Below are positions 17,352-28,117 of a DNA stretch of 39,665 nt, piece after piece. Below the pieces are notes generated by a model, which saw only the letters and a list, made by a program, of their open reading frames with translations, did not search any database and was not told where the DNA came from. Every line of letters begins with the position of its first letter. The first letter of the stretch is position 1. The stretch comes from a virus: the IMG/VR virus record IMGVR_UViG_3300033148_003693, positions 1 to 39,665 of that record, one strand, 5' to 3'. A program made the position numbers and the translations under genes.

Positions 17352-18527
17352 ATGGGTATAGGACTAGTAACCGATGAAGGTTCAGTATTTATCGAAAAAG
17401 AAGTAACAGAAGGTACATACGTAGCTGAAGCTTCAGGTGCAGCCGCTATTGAAGTTTTAAGTGACGGGTTAGAATTTACACCCACAAAAGAACTTCTTGA
17501 AAGAAATAATAGAACAAGTACCGTTGAAAAAGTACCCTCTAGAGTGGGACAAAAATCAATGGCCGGTACAGTTCCTACAGAATATAAAGCTGGGTCCACT
17601 GAAGGTGCTGTACCTGAAACTGACCCACTATATGAAGCACTACTAGGCGGTAAAAGAACTTATACTTCTACTATTTCTGATATTGGGCATACTACCGTAT
17701 TGCTTGAATTAGGTGTAGGTGATGGTGCTAAGTATGCTGTGGGCGATATTATCAAAGTTAAAGAATATGATGAAAACCCTGTTAATGAAGATCATGTATC
17801 ACCTATTAAGGCTATTGTAGGTGATCAGTTAGAACTACTTATTCCATACTTCCAAGCCTTTACTGCTAATGTTGTTATTGCAGCTGGTGTAACTTATTAC
17901 CATGCTTCAGGTGCGCCTACAGTTTCAGTAACTAATTATTTAGGTGGGAAGATTAGAGAAAAAGCAATCGGGATGCGCTGTGTATCAGGGGAAATTGCTA
18001 ATTTTTCTACTGGTCAATTAGCTACTACTTCTTTTTCTTTAGAAGGTCTTAATTTTGACCGTGAAGTAGGTACCCCTTTATTCTCACCAGTTTTTGATAG
18101 TTCATTACCACCAGTTATTTTATGTGCTAAGGTTTTCAAAAATGCACAAGAAATAACTGTAAATAGTGTTGGCATCACAATGGCTAATACTCTAGGGTTC
18201 TTAACCTCTACAGCTTCTTGCAACGGTAAGATCAGTTCTAGAATTACAGAATTTGTAACTAACTTTTCTATCAACCCGTATATGGAAGATGATGATGTAG
18301 ATAACTTTACATTATTCAATGACAACACGGCATTTAGTTTATTCGGTTCAGCTTACAATGCCGGTGCTACTAAAGATGAAAAATTGGAAAACGTAGCCTT
18401 CTATATGCCTAATTGTAGAATACCTGAAATTACTACAGGTGATGAAGATGGTATTTTAACTGATGCTATTAGTGGTACAGCTTATAAAGATCAAGGGAAT
18501 GATACTATTTTTATCTCTTTTATCTAA
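17352..18527 (+). CDS. Major tail (tube) protein
   Basis: 391 aa. AAGGAAG SD. Directly upstream of the G/GT chaperones and tape measure. Followed by an intrinsic terminator. Confidence 0.6.
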   Translation: MGIGLVTDEGSVFIEKEVTEGTYVAEASGAAAIEVLSDGLEFTPTKELLERNNRTSTVEKVPSRVGQKSMAGTVPTEYKAGSTEGAVPETDPLYEALLGGKRTYTSTISDIGHTTVLLELGVGDGAKYAVGDIIKVKEYDENPVNEDHVSPIKAIVGDQLELLIPYFQAFTANVVIAAGVTYYHASGAPTVSVTNYLGGKIREKAIGMRCVSGEIANFSTGQLATTSFSLEGLNFDREVGTPLFSPVFDSSLPPVILCAKVFKNAQEITVNSVGITMANTLGFLTSTASCNGKISSRITEFVTNFSINPYMEDDDVDNFTLFNDNTAFSLFGSAYNAGATKDEKLENVAFYMPNCRIPEITTGDEDGILTDAISGTAYKDQGNDTIFISFI

Positions 18528-18557
18528 CTTGCAATTATAAAAATTTTTTACTATGCT

Positions 18558-18590
18558 AGGGGTACTGAATGGTACCCCTTTTATATTTTG
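18558..18590 (+). terminator. Rho-independent terminator after the major tail gene
   Basis: Stem aggggtac / gtacccct (8 bp), 6-nt loop, then tttatatttt. Confidence 0.7.
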
Positions 18591-18599
18591 GAGCTAAAT

Positions 18600-19058
18600 A
18601 TGTCTATTATCGTAAAACCTATTGATGAATTATTTAAAGTTATCCTAACTGAAGGTGAAGATAGTGTAGAGTTTTTTATCAAGCAATTAGATTACAAAAC
18701 CAAAGCACACATTACAGGTCTAACCACAAATGTTAAACAAGGACAAGTTACTATTGATAGTGCTTTAACTTGTTTCTATAACATTAAATATGGCCTTAAA
18801 AAAGTTGTGGGCCTAGAAGATGTTGACGGTAAACCTTATGCCTTAGATTTTGAAGATAAGGAAAAAAGAAGTCTTACTGATAAATGTGTTGACGAATTAC
18901 TAGCTACCCCGCTATCAGATAATCTTCAATTTTCAGCACGTGAATTGTCAAGGGCTTGTTACCCTGACAAGGTACTACACCCATTGACTGGACAGCCTAT
19001 TGAAGGCGTGGAAGTTATTCCAGCTAGTCAGCTGAAGGGCACTAAAAAAAAGTCATAA
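18600..19058 (+). CDS. Tail assembly chaperone (gpG analogue), zero-frame product
   Basis: ATG 18600 has GGAG 8 nt upstream (the track starts at TTG 18588). Located between the major tail and tape measure genes. Ends ...GTKKKS* with the slippery site 6 nt before the stop. Confidence 0.75.
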   Translation: MSIIVKPIDELFKVILTEGEDSVEFFIKQLDYKTKAHITGLTTNVKQGQVTIDSALTCFYNIKYGLKKVVGLEDVDGKPYALDFEDKEKRSLTDKCVDELLATPLSDNLQFSARELSRACYPDKVLHPLTGQPIEGVEVIPASQLKGTKKKS

Positions 19059-19489
19059 GTGAATATGAAATAGGTACCGTGTGGGATTATATTGCCGGAA
19101 AAATCAACACGGTATCTAGTTTATCAACTGGTGAGTATGTTCTATTACTTGCTTCTTTAGAATCAAAATTAGATAAGAAATTTCATTGTGGTACTTGTAT
19201 AACGCAGTATGGTAGTAGCGATAGACTAATAAAAAAAACCGAGCGAAAACGTAAGTCTAAAGGGTGCTTTGACAACACGTCTAAAAGTTACAGAATAGAC
19301 AATATTAGATATAATACCTGTATAGGTAATTTTGCTGTACCTATTGATTTTTTTATAGAAGCGTTTAGCCTATACGAAAAGGGCGTGTTACCATTTAAAG
19401 GTAATATATGTGATCAACCTAGTAAAATCATGGAAGTATTTCAATTGATTGAAGTACGTAGATCAGAAAAAATAAACCAAGGAAAGTAG
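18600..19489 (+). CDS. Tail assembly chaperone frameshift fusion (gpGT analogue), -1 shift at 19046-19052
   Basis: Frame arithmetic: (19079-19052) is divisible by 3. The downstream ORF has only a GTG start and no SD. The G/GT arrangement upstream of the tape measure is conserved. Confidence 0.7.
19046..19052 (+). promoter_or_regulatory. Programmed -1 ribosomal frameshift slippery heptamer A_AAA_AAG
   Basis: Zero frame reads GGC ACT AAA AAA AAG TCA TAA. The -1 frame from 19052 reads gtc ata agt gaa tat gaa ata ggt acc gtg tgg..., stop-free into the 19079..19489 ORF. Confidence 0.75.
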
Positions 19490-19492
19490 GTT

Positions 19493-21898
19493 ATGGCCAA
19501 CGATATTAAGGCTACAATAACTTTAGAAGGTAAAGACGCACTAAATACATTAGCGGCTTTAGATAAGGGTATTAAAAAGCTAGGTAAAGACGGTACTAAA
19601 TCAGTAAGTTCTATGACTGGTGCCGTAAAAGTTTTCCAAGGTGTAGTAGGTGCCCAAGTTCTTTTAAGGTCCATTGATCTTATAGGTAGAACACTAAAGC
19701 AAGGGGCTAAAGATGCCTTAGACTTTGGTAAGGCCGTTGCTGAAATTAATTCAATCGCACCTAGAACCGCTGCTGAAACTTTAGCACTGAAGCAACAACT
19801 AATAGGTCTATCAAATGAATTTGCTGGACCAGCCCAAAAGCAAGCCAAAGCTTTTTATAATATTGTTTCAGCTGGTGTTAAAGGTACTGCAAAACAATTA
19901 AATACATTAGAGATAGCTAACAAAGCTGCTGTAGCTGGTCTAGTAGATATTGATACTTCAGCCCGTGTTTTAGTTTCTTCTGTTAACTCATATTCAGCAT
20001 CAAGCTTAACGGCCTTACAAGCTTCAGATATTTTATTTACTACTGTAAAAGAAGGTATCACTACTTTTGGTGAGTTATCAGGTTCACTAGGTACCGTAGC
20101 ACCACTAGCTAGTGCAGCTGGTTTAAAGTTTTCTGAACTTGGTGGTACACTTGCGTTCTTAACTAAAGTAGGGGTAAGGACTGACCAAGCTACTACAGGT
20201 TTACGTGCTATTCTAACTGGTATAATTAAGCCATCACAAGAAGCTGCTACATTCGCTAAACAACTTGGTTTAGAATTTAGTACCACCGCAATTAAAGCTA
20301 AAGGCTTTGCGGGGTTCATGAAGGACGTGATAGAAAAAACTGGGGGCACTGAAACTGCACTAGCTAAACTATTCCCCAACGTAAGGGCTTTAGGTCCAAT
20401 TATTCAATTAGCTAATGGGGACTTTCAAGACTTCGTAAGAATTTTAGATGAAACCGCTGGGGCTGCTGGGGCTACCAATAAAGCTTTTAAAACTATTACC
20501 GATAGTGCTTCTTTTCAATTTGAGAAACTAACTAACCAATTAAAAAACTTCCCTACAGCATTGCTAACAAATTTTGAAGAACCTTTAAGTGATGGTCTTA
20601 AAGCTATAAATGAATTTGTAGGTGCCCAAGGTATTCTACTTTTAGTAGACGCTATTGACGGTGTAGTAAGTGTGTTTCAGACATTCAATTCAGCCGCTAA
20701 TGGGGTTGATCAGTTTTTTAACTTATTAGCTAATGGTGCTTTGAACACGGCTAAAGCATGGTCAGAATTAGCCCTTACTGTAAATAAAGCATTACAAGCC
20801 ACTCAAGAATTCGCTGGGTTTGATGTATCTGAACATCTTAAAAGGGAAGAAGAATCTCTTATTAAAAGAATAAAAATAATTGATCAAACTATAGATGCTA
20901 ATGAACAAGCTACACTATCACTTCAGCAAGAAGAAGAAGCACGTTTTAATGTGGCTGAAGAATTCAGAAAAAAGTTAGCCGCTGGTAGAGCAAAACAGGT
21001 AGAACAAGAAGAAGCTAGAAAAGAACAAGAACTAGCTAGTGATAAAGCTGTAGCGGCAAAAAAACTAGAAGCTGCTGTAGCTGCTGAAACTACTAAATTT
21101 GAAGCCCTATCTGAACTTAAAGCAGCACAAAAAGAATTAGAGAATGAAGCCCTTGAAGAAGACAAGTTAGCCAAAGAATTAGCTAATGAAGAAGAATTTC
21201 AATTTCTAGCTGATAACCTTGGTAGACAAAATACTTTAAGGGAACTAAATAGAATACAAAATATTACTGGTGAGAAAAAGCGTCAGGTTGAATTAAAAAA
21301 GCTACGTGAAAAAGCTGTTAAAGAAGAACAAACTAGTATGTTTACCATGCGTAAATTTGAAAACTTGTCTAACAAAGAAAAGGTAGCTGGACAAAAACAA
21401 ACACTAGCAACTATAGCTACATTAAGTTCATCTTCTAATAGTGCCTTATTCGCTATTGGTAAAGCAGCAGCACTAACACAAGCTGGTATAAATACTTTTC
21501 AAGGTGTAACCCTAGCACTGGCAACTATACCACCACCATTTGGTTTTGCAGCAGCAGCAGCGGTAGGTGCAGCGGGGGCCATAAACATAGCCAAAATTGC
21601 AGCCTCTAAACCTCCTTCAGCTGGGTCATTCCAGTCAGGGGGTATTGTAGACGGTGCTAGTCAGACTGGTGATCAATTAACCGCTAATGTAAATGGTGGT
21701 GAAGCTATATTTAACCGTAGACAGCAACAAAACTTATTCAATGCTGTAGACACTGGGTCACTTGGTGGTGGGGGAAGTAATACATCTATCTCTATACAGT
21801 CCCTTACAGGTGATATACCACAAGAATCAATAGATAATTTGATTGACCAGTTAAATGATGCTACTGAATTTAGAAATAAGAACTTGGGGGCGGCATAA
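19493..21898 (+). CDS. Tail tape measure protein (TP901-family core)
   Basis: 801 aa. FGELSGSLGTVAPLASAAGLKFSELGGTLAFLTKVGV...GLRAILTGIIKP matches the remembered TMP core. Central E/K/A coiled coil and Gly-rich C-terminus. Confidence 0.9.
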   Translation: MANDIKATITLEGKDALNTLAALDKGIKKLGKDGTKSVSSMTGAVKVFQGVVGAQVLLRSIDLIGRTLKQGAKDALDFGKAVAEINSIAPRTAAETLALKQQLIGLSNEFAGPAQKQAKAFYNIVSAGVKGTAKQLNTLEIANKAAVAGLVDIDTSARVLVSSVNSYSASSLTALQASDILFTTVKEGITTFGELSGSLGTVAPLASAAGLKFSELGGTLAFLTKVGVRTDQATTGLRAILTGIIKPSQEAATFAKQLGLEFSTTAIKAKGFAGFMKDVIEKTGGTETALAKLFPNVRALGPIIQLANGDFQDFVRILDETAGAAGATNKAFKTITDSASFQFEKLTNQLKNFPTALLTNFEEPLSDGLKAINEFVGAQGILLLVDAIDGVVSVFQTFNSAANGVDQFFNLLANGALNTAKAWSELALTVNKALQATQEFAGFDVSEHLKREEESLIKRIKIIDQTIDANEQATLSLQQEEEARFNVAEEFRKKLAAGRAKQVEQEEARKEQELASDKAVAAKKLEAAVAAETTKFEALSELKAAQKELENEALEEDKLAKELANEEEFQFLADNLGRQNTLRELNRIQNITGEKKRQVELKKLREKAVKEEQTSMFTMRKFENLSNKEKVAGQKQTLATIATLSSSSNSALFAIGKAAALTQAGINTFQGVTLALATIPPPFGFAAAAAVGAAGAINIAKIAASKPPSAGSFQSGGIVDGASQTGDQLTANVNGGEAIFNRRQQQNLFNAVDTGSLGGGGSNTSISIQSLTGDIPQESIDNLIDQLNDATEFRNKNLGAA

Positions 21899-22308
21899 TG
21901 AACTTCATACCTAAAATAGAATATACAGAATTAGGTACTGGTACACCTAAAACTATAACTTTTGACTCACCCCCTGAAGGTGACCCATTAGGGGAACGGT
22001 ATCAATCTAAACAAACATCTAAAAGGTCCACTGGGGGAGTAAAACAAACCCAACATAATTATAATTTAAAACAATATCGCCTAGAATTTATATTTCAAAC
22101 TGAAGTTACTAAACTTGCCTTTGATGACTTTTGGCTTAATCATGCCGCTAAAGGTGGGTCTTTTGATTACTTCATACATAGTGATGAAGTAGATTTTGAA
22201 GTAATGGAATTAGTTATAGGTACCTACTCACCTAAAAGACCAATACCAGCAGCTACTATTGGTGAATTTGAATATGATTTTAAATTTACTATTGAAAGGG
22301 TAGTGTAA
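21898..22308 (+). CDS. Minor/distal tail protein (136 aa)
   Basis: ORF track. ATGA-type overlap with the tape measure stop. Call by position. Confidence 0.55.
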   Translation: MNFIPKIEYTELGTGTPKTITFDSPPEGDPLGERYQSKQTSKRSTGGVKQTQHNYNLKQYRLEFIFQTEVTKLAFDDFWLNHAAKGGSFDYFIHSDEVDFEVMELVIGTYSPKRPIPAATIGEFEYDFKFTIERVV

Positions 22309-24053
22309 TGGCCCTACCTGTAAACTTCCTAGCTGAATTACAGAATACTAATTTTAGGGGTAATTTAGTTGTATCTATTGATGGTACTTACTTTAGTCAA
22401 TATCAGCCTGATAGTGGTTTAGTTGTTGATGCTAATAAAGTAGGGCTAGTAGATAATGCAAAGATTAATGGTGTAACTTTAGATATTAGAAGGGCTAACA
22501 CACCTATAGCTACTATAAATTTTGACCTTCTAGATAAAGACGCTATTGTATCTTCATTCATGGGTTCTTCTGATAACTCACTTCAAAATGCTGAAGTAAA
22601 ACTTTACTTTGGTTTTATGACTGGGGGCTTTGACTTTGCTGATTATGCTCTACTAGGTGTAACTAGAATTAAAGGTATTACCAAAGAAGCTAATGGCTTT
22701 AAATTTAGATCAAAAGAAGTTACTGATTTAATGCAAAGACCATTACTTAGTACAAGTGATGTACTAGACGGTGCTATAAATGATGTAGCTAATACTTTAG
22801 TACTTATTGATGCTTCTAGTTTTCCATCAACTGGACGTATAAAAATAGGTGCCGAATTTATGCAGTATTCGGGTAAAACCGTAAATACTTTAACAGGTGT
22901 AGCTAGGGGTGATCTAACTTCTACAGCAAGTAACCATGATGATGGTGACACAGTATCTTTAGTAACTAAAAAAGATGCTGCTAGTATGGACATTATTTTA
23001 GATGTATTGCTTAATGATCTAGGTATAGACCCTACTCTAATTGATCAGACTTCTTTTACTGACTTACGTGATAATGAATTTAATGGTGAAGATAACTTTG
23101 TACTTTATATCTATGATGTAGACAATGCTTTAAAATGGTTAGAAGAACGCATATTAGAAGCAACTAACACACGCCTATTTTCAGTTAACGGTGCAATTAC
23201 TATTGGTCTTTTAGATCAGGTGCCTAAGTTTGAAGACTTACCTGAAATAGATGAAGACCATACACAGGCCGTACCATCATGGACTTTATCAAGTGACAAG
23301 CTAGTAAATAAAATCATAGTTAAATGGGGCTGGAATGAAGGTACCCAAAAGTTCACAAAAACTAATATTTTTACTGATGCTGATTCAATAGCCATTTTCG
23401 ATGAACGTAAAGCACTGACACTTAAACTTTACGGTGTATTTAATTCTTCTACCGTATCTAATAGAGCTAATAGGTTACTTACTAGGTTTAGTACCCCTAA
23501 AGCACAAATAAAAGTTAGAACACATTTTAATCGCTTTGGTATAAATATAGCTGATAATGTTAGGTTGACACATCGCTACCTACCACAAGAAGGTGGGTCC
23601 TTAGGGTTCAGTGATACCTTAGAAGTAATGAGTAAGGCCGTATCAGGGCTTCATAGTGGGGCTACTATAAGCTTAGGCCTAGAGTTTTCCAGTTATTCAG
23701 GTATTAGGATAGGGCTTATTTCACCTTCACCTAAACTTGATTTAGTCATAACTGACCAAAAAACTTTTACTGTACCTGATGGTTCTTGTTATAAGGTTGG
23801 CTATCGGTGCGTTTTGTTTGATAATGTTAATAATACGTATTTTGGTGACCCAGTTAATGAAATTACTAAAGTAGATGGTAATGTTTTAACTTTCAAAGAT
23901 GATTGGGTTACGATACTTGGGGCTAATGTTAGCTTATATTTTACTGATTACGATAATGCCAGTGGTGACCAACGTGCCGTATATGCTTGGGTAGCACCTG
24001 ACACTGGGGTATTTTTGATTGACGGTAGTAAGGCTTATCAAATAATTTTTTAA
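22308..24053 (+). CDS. Tail tip/baseplate protein (581 aa)
   Basis: ORF track. Follows the TMP block. Call by position. Confidence 0.55.
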   Translation: MALPVNFLAELQNTNFRGNLVVSIDGTYFSQYQPDSGLVVDANKVGLVDNAKINGVTLDIRRANTPIATINFDLLDKDAIVSSFMGSSDNSLQNAEVKLYFGFMTGGFDFADYALLGVTRIKGITKEANGFKFRSKEVTDLMQRPLLSTSDVLDGAINDVANTLVLIDASSFPSTGRIKIGAEFMQYSGKTVNTLTGVARGDLTSTASNHDDGDTVSLVTKKDAASMDIILDVLLNDLGIDPTLIDQTSFTDLRDNEFNGEDNFVLYIYDVDNALKWLEERILEATNTRLFSVNGAITIGLLDQVPKFEDLPEIDEDHTQAVPSWTLSSDKLVNKIIVKWGWNEGTQKFTKTNIFTDADSIAIFDERKALTLKLYGVFNSSTVSNRANRLLTRFSTPKAQIKVRTHFNRFGINIADNVRLTHRYLPQEGGSLGFSDTLEVMSKAVSGLHSGATISLGLEFSSYSGIRIGLISPSPKLDLVITDQKTFTVPDGSCYKVGYRCVLFDNVNNTYFGDPVNEITKVDGNVLTFKDDWVTILGANVSLYFTDYDNASGDQRAVYAWVAPDTGVFLIDGSKAYQIIF

Positions 24054-24065
24054 GGATATAATATC

Positions 24066-27000
24066 ATGGTAGAAACTCTAGTTAATCCCTTTTCAGGCTT
24101 AGAAGCTAAAGCAAAGCAACCTATAAATGAAGACCTAACCGATAAGAAATTTAAAGAAAATATTGAAGGCCTATTAGATAGTATTAATAATATATCTGTA
24201 GGTGGGGGTGATGCTGACAGTGGTATGATCGGGGAAATTACTTTAGGTGGTGAAGACAATGCCCCTAGGTATTGGAAGCGTAGATTTTCACCTTTACAAC
24301 ATATACTAAATGCTGATTCTAAAAACCCTAGTGGGTTTGACCCTGAAGCAAAATCATTAAAGAATGAGTTATTAACTTTTATTCAAAGTAATGATGCAGG
24401 TTTAAGTATTGGCATTAACCCAAACAATTATTTAGGAGAAAGATTAAATGTTGCTAAAAGTTCAAAAATATCTTTTAAAATAAAGAAAGGGGTAAACTTC
24501 TTCTCAATAGGTAGTACAAAAGATGCAGGATTTTCAGACTCTATTACAGTTATGATTGATAATGCAACACCAACATCATTAGGTTTAGAAGATGAAAATG
24601 GTGGTGCAGCTCCTAACACTTTTTCAACAAATGTGGCAGGTACATTTTTACAGGATACAGTCTTTTTTTACGGGTTAGACGGTGAAGAACATATTATCAC
24701 TTTAGAAAATACTGATTCAGCTTCAAAGCTTTGGGGAGTTGGTTTTATAGAAGTAGGTTATAGATCACCAAACCCTACCATTGATGAATCAACTCATATC
24801 AATACGGGTAAAGCCACAGTACGTGGTACAGAAGTTACCTTTGCTGATGAAGAATTTGAATTTGCAAAGTTAGATTTAAACGGCCATACAGGTGCTATCG
24901 TATGTGATACATTAGGCGCACTGTCAAAGCTTGACGGTGAATGTCCGGCTATGACACAAGTTAAACCTGAAGAAGCTGTTATTTTTTCGGCACCAGTAAC
25001 ACAATTACCTGTTAAGAACACGTTCTATTTTCCTGATAATGGTATTTGCCTTTTATCTACACCTTATGGTAACCACCATTTATTTTCTTTTAATGGTAAA
25101 ACTGATGCTTCAATTCAGGCCCACAGCCTAGACAACTTACTATGGCAATCACAGCCCACTGAAGACTTTACACCTTTGGCTGGGTTTACATCAGCTACCA
25201 TTGGTGATGCTACAGGTGACCTAAATATAAACTACTGGGGAACCGCGCCTATTTTGATTGACGGTACAAATAACAAACTTGATTTTGAAATTACAATAGG
25301 TGGGGTAACTACAACCCATGCCGCTACTATTGCTTCAGGTAGATACGCTGCTGACCTAGTTCCTTTAGAGGCCGCTATACGTGCAGCTATGCAAGTGGTT
25401 AAACCTATTAATGGTGAATACCACATAAAATATAGTTCAGAATCACAGCTTTGGAATATATATGTGGAAGGTAATGAGATAGAAGCCTTTTCACTTCTTT
25501 TATCTACTGGTTTAAACCAAGCTAATTCAGTTCATTCTACTATTGGTTTTGCTGATACTGATTTAACAGGGGCCTTATCATATTTAGCTAACACTGAAGT
25601 ACAGCATCTTTGTTGTAAAGCTTTAGAAGCTGATAAAGTTTTTATGTACAGTGAAGACCCTAGGATAAAATATAGTTCGGGTGATGCTGGGCTAACTGAC
25701 GGTGAAATTTTAGATGTACAAGAAAGGTTAGGGTTAGGTCAAGTTAGGTCAATGAGTGGTGGATCACATTTAATGCAGATTTTCCCTGATGATGATTGTT
25801 GCGGGCTAGAAGTATCTTTTCTACAACATAATGAATGTGGTATGTTAACTTTTCAGGTTGATGACGGACAGTGTTTATACCTACTACAAGAAGATACTTC
25901 AGTAGTTACATCAATACGGGGAAGTGTCACAACTGCGTTCATTTCATTTCCAAGGGGATCAAGAAAAATAACAATAAGGGAAGAAGACTCCCCTCAATTT
26001 AGTTTGGCAACGAATACGGTTGAGAGAGTGATTTTTGTGGGTGCTAGGCAATACTTTACAAAACCCGCCTACGAAAAACTAACTAAATCACAAGCGGTAA
26101 TTAAAACTTTTGATATTTCACCTGTAAGTTTATACGCTACAGTATATGGACATAATGGGGGTACACTGTACTCACCAGCGGCTTCAAATGATTCTATAAA
26201 TACAATAACTGAAAACCTAATGACGGGGGCACTAGCTACTAATAGGTTCAATAGTTCAAGAAGAAGAACTGCTACCGTTGGTGGGTATATTGAGATTGAT
26301 TTTACTCTACAAGGTGACGGTGGTGGAATAGCTATAAAAACTGGGCTATCAGGTGTTTTTACACGTAAAGCTGCGTTGTTTATTTCACAAGCTGTCATAA
26401 ATGAAGGGACTGATAGAATACAAAACAATCACATGGATTGGGCCGCCAATTATTTCGATCAAAACGCTATGCAATCTATGGGGTTAAGAGCCGGTACTTA
26501 TAAAGCTAGGTTTAAATGTGAACACGCGGGGGAATTTGAAAATAGTGGAATAGTTATTTATGACATTGCCTCCCCACAAGAAAACGCAAATACTGTAGCA
26601 GATATTGCTAACACTGGTCAGTCTATAGCTTACCCTATTAATGTTATGCGTGAAGTTATCATGCAAGATTCTGATAAACGTGTTCCCTCATGGTTGCAGC
26701 GTTCAGGCTACATGGAAGGCAAAAAGTCGCTAGTTAATTATTCTTTGTCGGGCCCAAACTGGATAAATTACGACGATACCGTAAATCTTATAGATCTTGC
26801 TGATGGATATTATGGCTCTAGAATGGAACAAGGAACACAAGGTTTCATAATACAAGTATCAGGGTTTATGAAATTTGTATCCCTTAAAGATAGTGCCTCT
26901 AGTGTATGGTCAGTAAACTTACAGCCTTTTATTGACGGAATACAAACTTTAAATAATTACTCACAAAGGACGCAAGTGAAGGGCGGTTCAGCTCCTTCAG

Positions 27001-27614
27001 TAACTAGAACATCAGCCCTACCATTATCACAAAAAGAATTTAAACTATCTTGTGCTTTAAATTCAGGGCTAACCTACACTATTGCTGACACAAGGGGACT
27101 GAAAAACGATAGAACAATTATTTTAGATGATGGCGCAAATAAAGAAAAAGTTGTTGTTGCTTCATTTATTGTGGGTACAAGTTTCACAATTAAAAAAGCA
27201 CCTTCAGTTGTTATTCCCGCAAATGTTACAGATATTGAGTTTCAAGGTTTTCACACATATAAAATTCTGCAAAATGATTCCAACGCTGCTACCTTTACGT
27301 GTTTTGAATATGAACCTTTAAAAGTATCACCATCTAAAGCAATTCAAAGACGTAGTACAGTGTTCACTTATGAAAAGGTAGAAGTAACTAATAGAGAACT
27401 GGGGAACGGTGATAGTACTTATTACCCTGTCCATTCTGATGGTGTTGTAGGTAACTGGACAACTTCAACTATTCAAGTAATTGGAAAAACCGCAGCTAGT
27501 TCCTTCAGTCTAGGACAAGATTTAAAAAATATATCTATTGGTGCTGGGTCAATGAGTTTAAAAATTTCAAGTGAACGGCTTGTACCTGTACTTGATGAAA
27601 AGGAAAGATTCTAA
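24066..27614 (+). CDS. Large tail fibre / host-recognition protein (1182 aa)
   Basis: Largest ORF, at the distal end of the tail module. Call by size and position. Confidence 0.6.
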   Translation: MVETLVNPFSGLEAKAKQPINEDLTDKKFKENIEGLLDSINNISVGGGDADSGMIGEITLGGEDNAPRYWKRRFSPLQHILNADSKNPSGFDPEAKSLKNELLTFIQSNDAGLSIGINPNNYLGERLNVAKSSKISFKIKKGVNFFSIGSTKDAGFSDSITVMIDNATPTSLGLEDENGGAAPNTFSTNVAGTFLQDTVFFYGLDGEEHIITLENTDSASKLWGVGFIEVGYRSPNPTIDESTHINTGKATVRGTEVTFADEEFEFAKLDLNGHTGAIVCDTLGALSKLDGECPAMTQVKPEEAVIFSAPVTQLPVKNTFYFPDNGICLLSTPYGNHHLFSFNGKTDASIQAHSLDNLLWQSQPTEDFTPLAGFTSATIGDATGDLNINYWGTAPILIDGTNNKLDFEITIGGVTTTHAATIASGRYAADLVPLEAAIRAAMQVVKPINGEYHIKYSSESQLWNIYVEGNEIEAFSLLLSTGLNQANSVHSTIGFADTDLTGALSYLANTEVQHLCCKALEADKVFMYSEDPRIKYSSGDAGLTDGEILDVQERLGLGQVRSMSGGSHLMQIFPDDDCCGLEVSFLQHNECGMLTFQVDDGQCLYLLQEDTSVVTSIRGSVTTAFISFPRGSRKITIREEDSPQFSLATNTVERVIFVGARQYFTKPAYEKLTKSQAVIKTFDISPVSLYATVYGHNGGTLYSPAASNDSINTITENLMTGALATNRFNSSRRRTATVGGYIEIDFTLQGDGGGIAIKTGLSGVFTRKAALFISQAVINEGTDRIQNNHMDWAANYFDQNAMQSMGLRAGTYKARFKCEHAGEFENSGIVIYDIASPQENANTVADIANTGQSIAYPINVMREVIMQDSDKRVPSWLQRSGYMEGKKSLVNYSLSGPNWINYDDTVNLIDLADGYYGSRMEQGTQGFIIQVSGFMKFVSLKDSASSVWSVNLQPFIDGIQTLNNYSQRTQVKGGSAPSVTRTSALPLSQKEFKLSCALNSGLTYTIADTRGLKNDRTIILDDGANKEKVVVASFIVGTSFTIKKAPSVVIPANVTDIEFQGFHTYKILQNDSNAATFTCFEYEPLKVSPSKAIQRRSTVFTYEKVEVTNRELGNGDSTYYPVHSDGVVGNWTTSTIQVIGKTAASSFSLGQDLKNISIGAGSMSLKISSERLVPVLDEKERF

Positions 27615-28117
27615 TGAAATACTTAGTCAAACAAATATTAGATGCTGATGTAGTTATAGGCCATGAGATAAAGCAGCAAGTAACAGCAAAGCATCTACCT
27701 AGGGGTGGTAACTATATTTTTGTAGAAGGTGTAGATACTGCTTACCCAAAAATTGAAATTGATGAAGATGGTGTAATGTCTATAGTTGAAGACACAGCAC
27801 CAAAACAATTAAAAGAAGCTTGGGTAGCAATGGACCAAGCTATAGTAGATGATGCTGTACCTATTTTCAAAACTACTAACCGTGAATCTATGTTAGTTTT
27901 TGTAGATGACTTTCAACTTAGAATAATGGTACCTGAAATGTTTGTAGCGGCCGGTGAAGCGGCTGAAGTTAATACTACAACTTACGGTGAAGGTGAAGTT
28001 CTTGATACCGTTGAAAAAGTAAAGGGCTACTATTCAGAAGTTCTATATGATCTTCTACAAAAAAGACGTACCAAGATAGGCGAATACCTACAGTTTAAAG
28101 CTGGGCTAGGACTATGA
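27614..28117 (+). CDS. Hypothetical protein (167 aa), tail-distal accessory
   Basis: ORF track. Start overlaps the preceding stop. Confidence 0.6.
   Translation: MKYLVKQILDADVVIGHEIKQQVTAKHLPRGGNYIFVEGVDTAYPKIEIDEDGVMSIVEDTAPKQLKEAWVAMDQAIVDDAVPIFKTTNRESMLVFVDDFQLRIMVPEMFVAAGEAAEVNTTTYGEGEVLDTVEKVKGYYSEVLYDLLQKRRTKIGEYLQFKAGLGL

Noticed and set aside
19079-19489. Independent GTG-initiated 136-aa gene
   Set aside because: It has no SD. Its frame is entered stop-free by a -1 slip at A_AAA_AAG, so it is interpreted as the T part of a G/GT fusion.
19441-21174. Long antisense ORFs inside the tape measure gene (19441..19848, 19855..20379, 20923..21174, - strand)
   Set aside because: These are Ala/Ser-rich mirror-frame artefacts of the Ala/Glu/Lys-rich TMP coding sequence. 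They have no SDs and oppose the operon direction.
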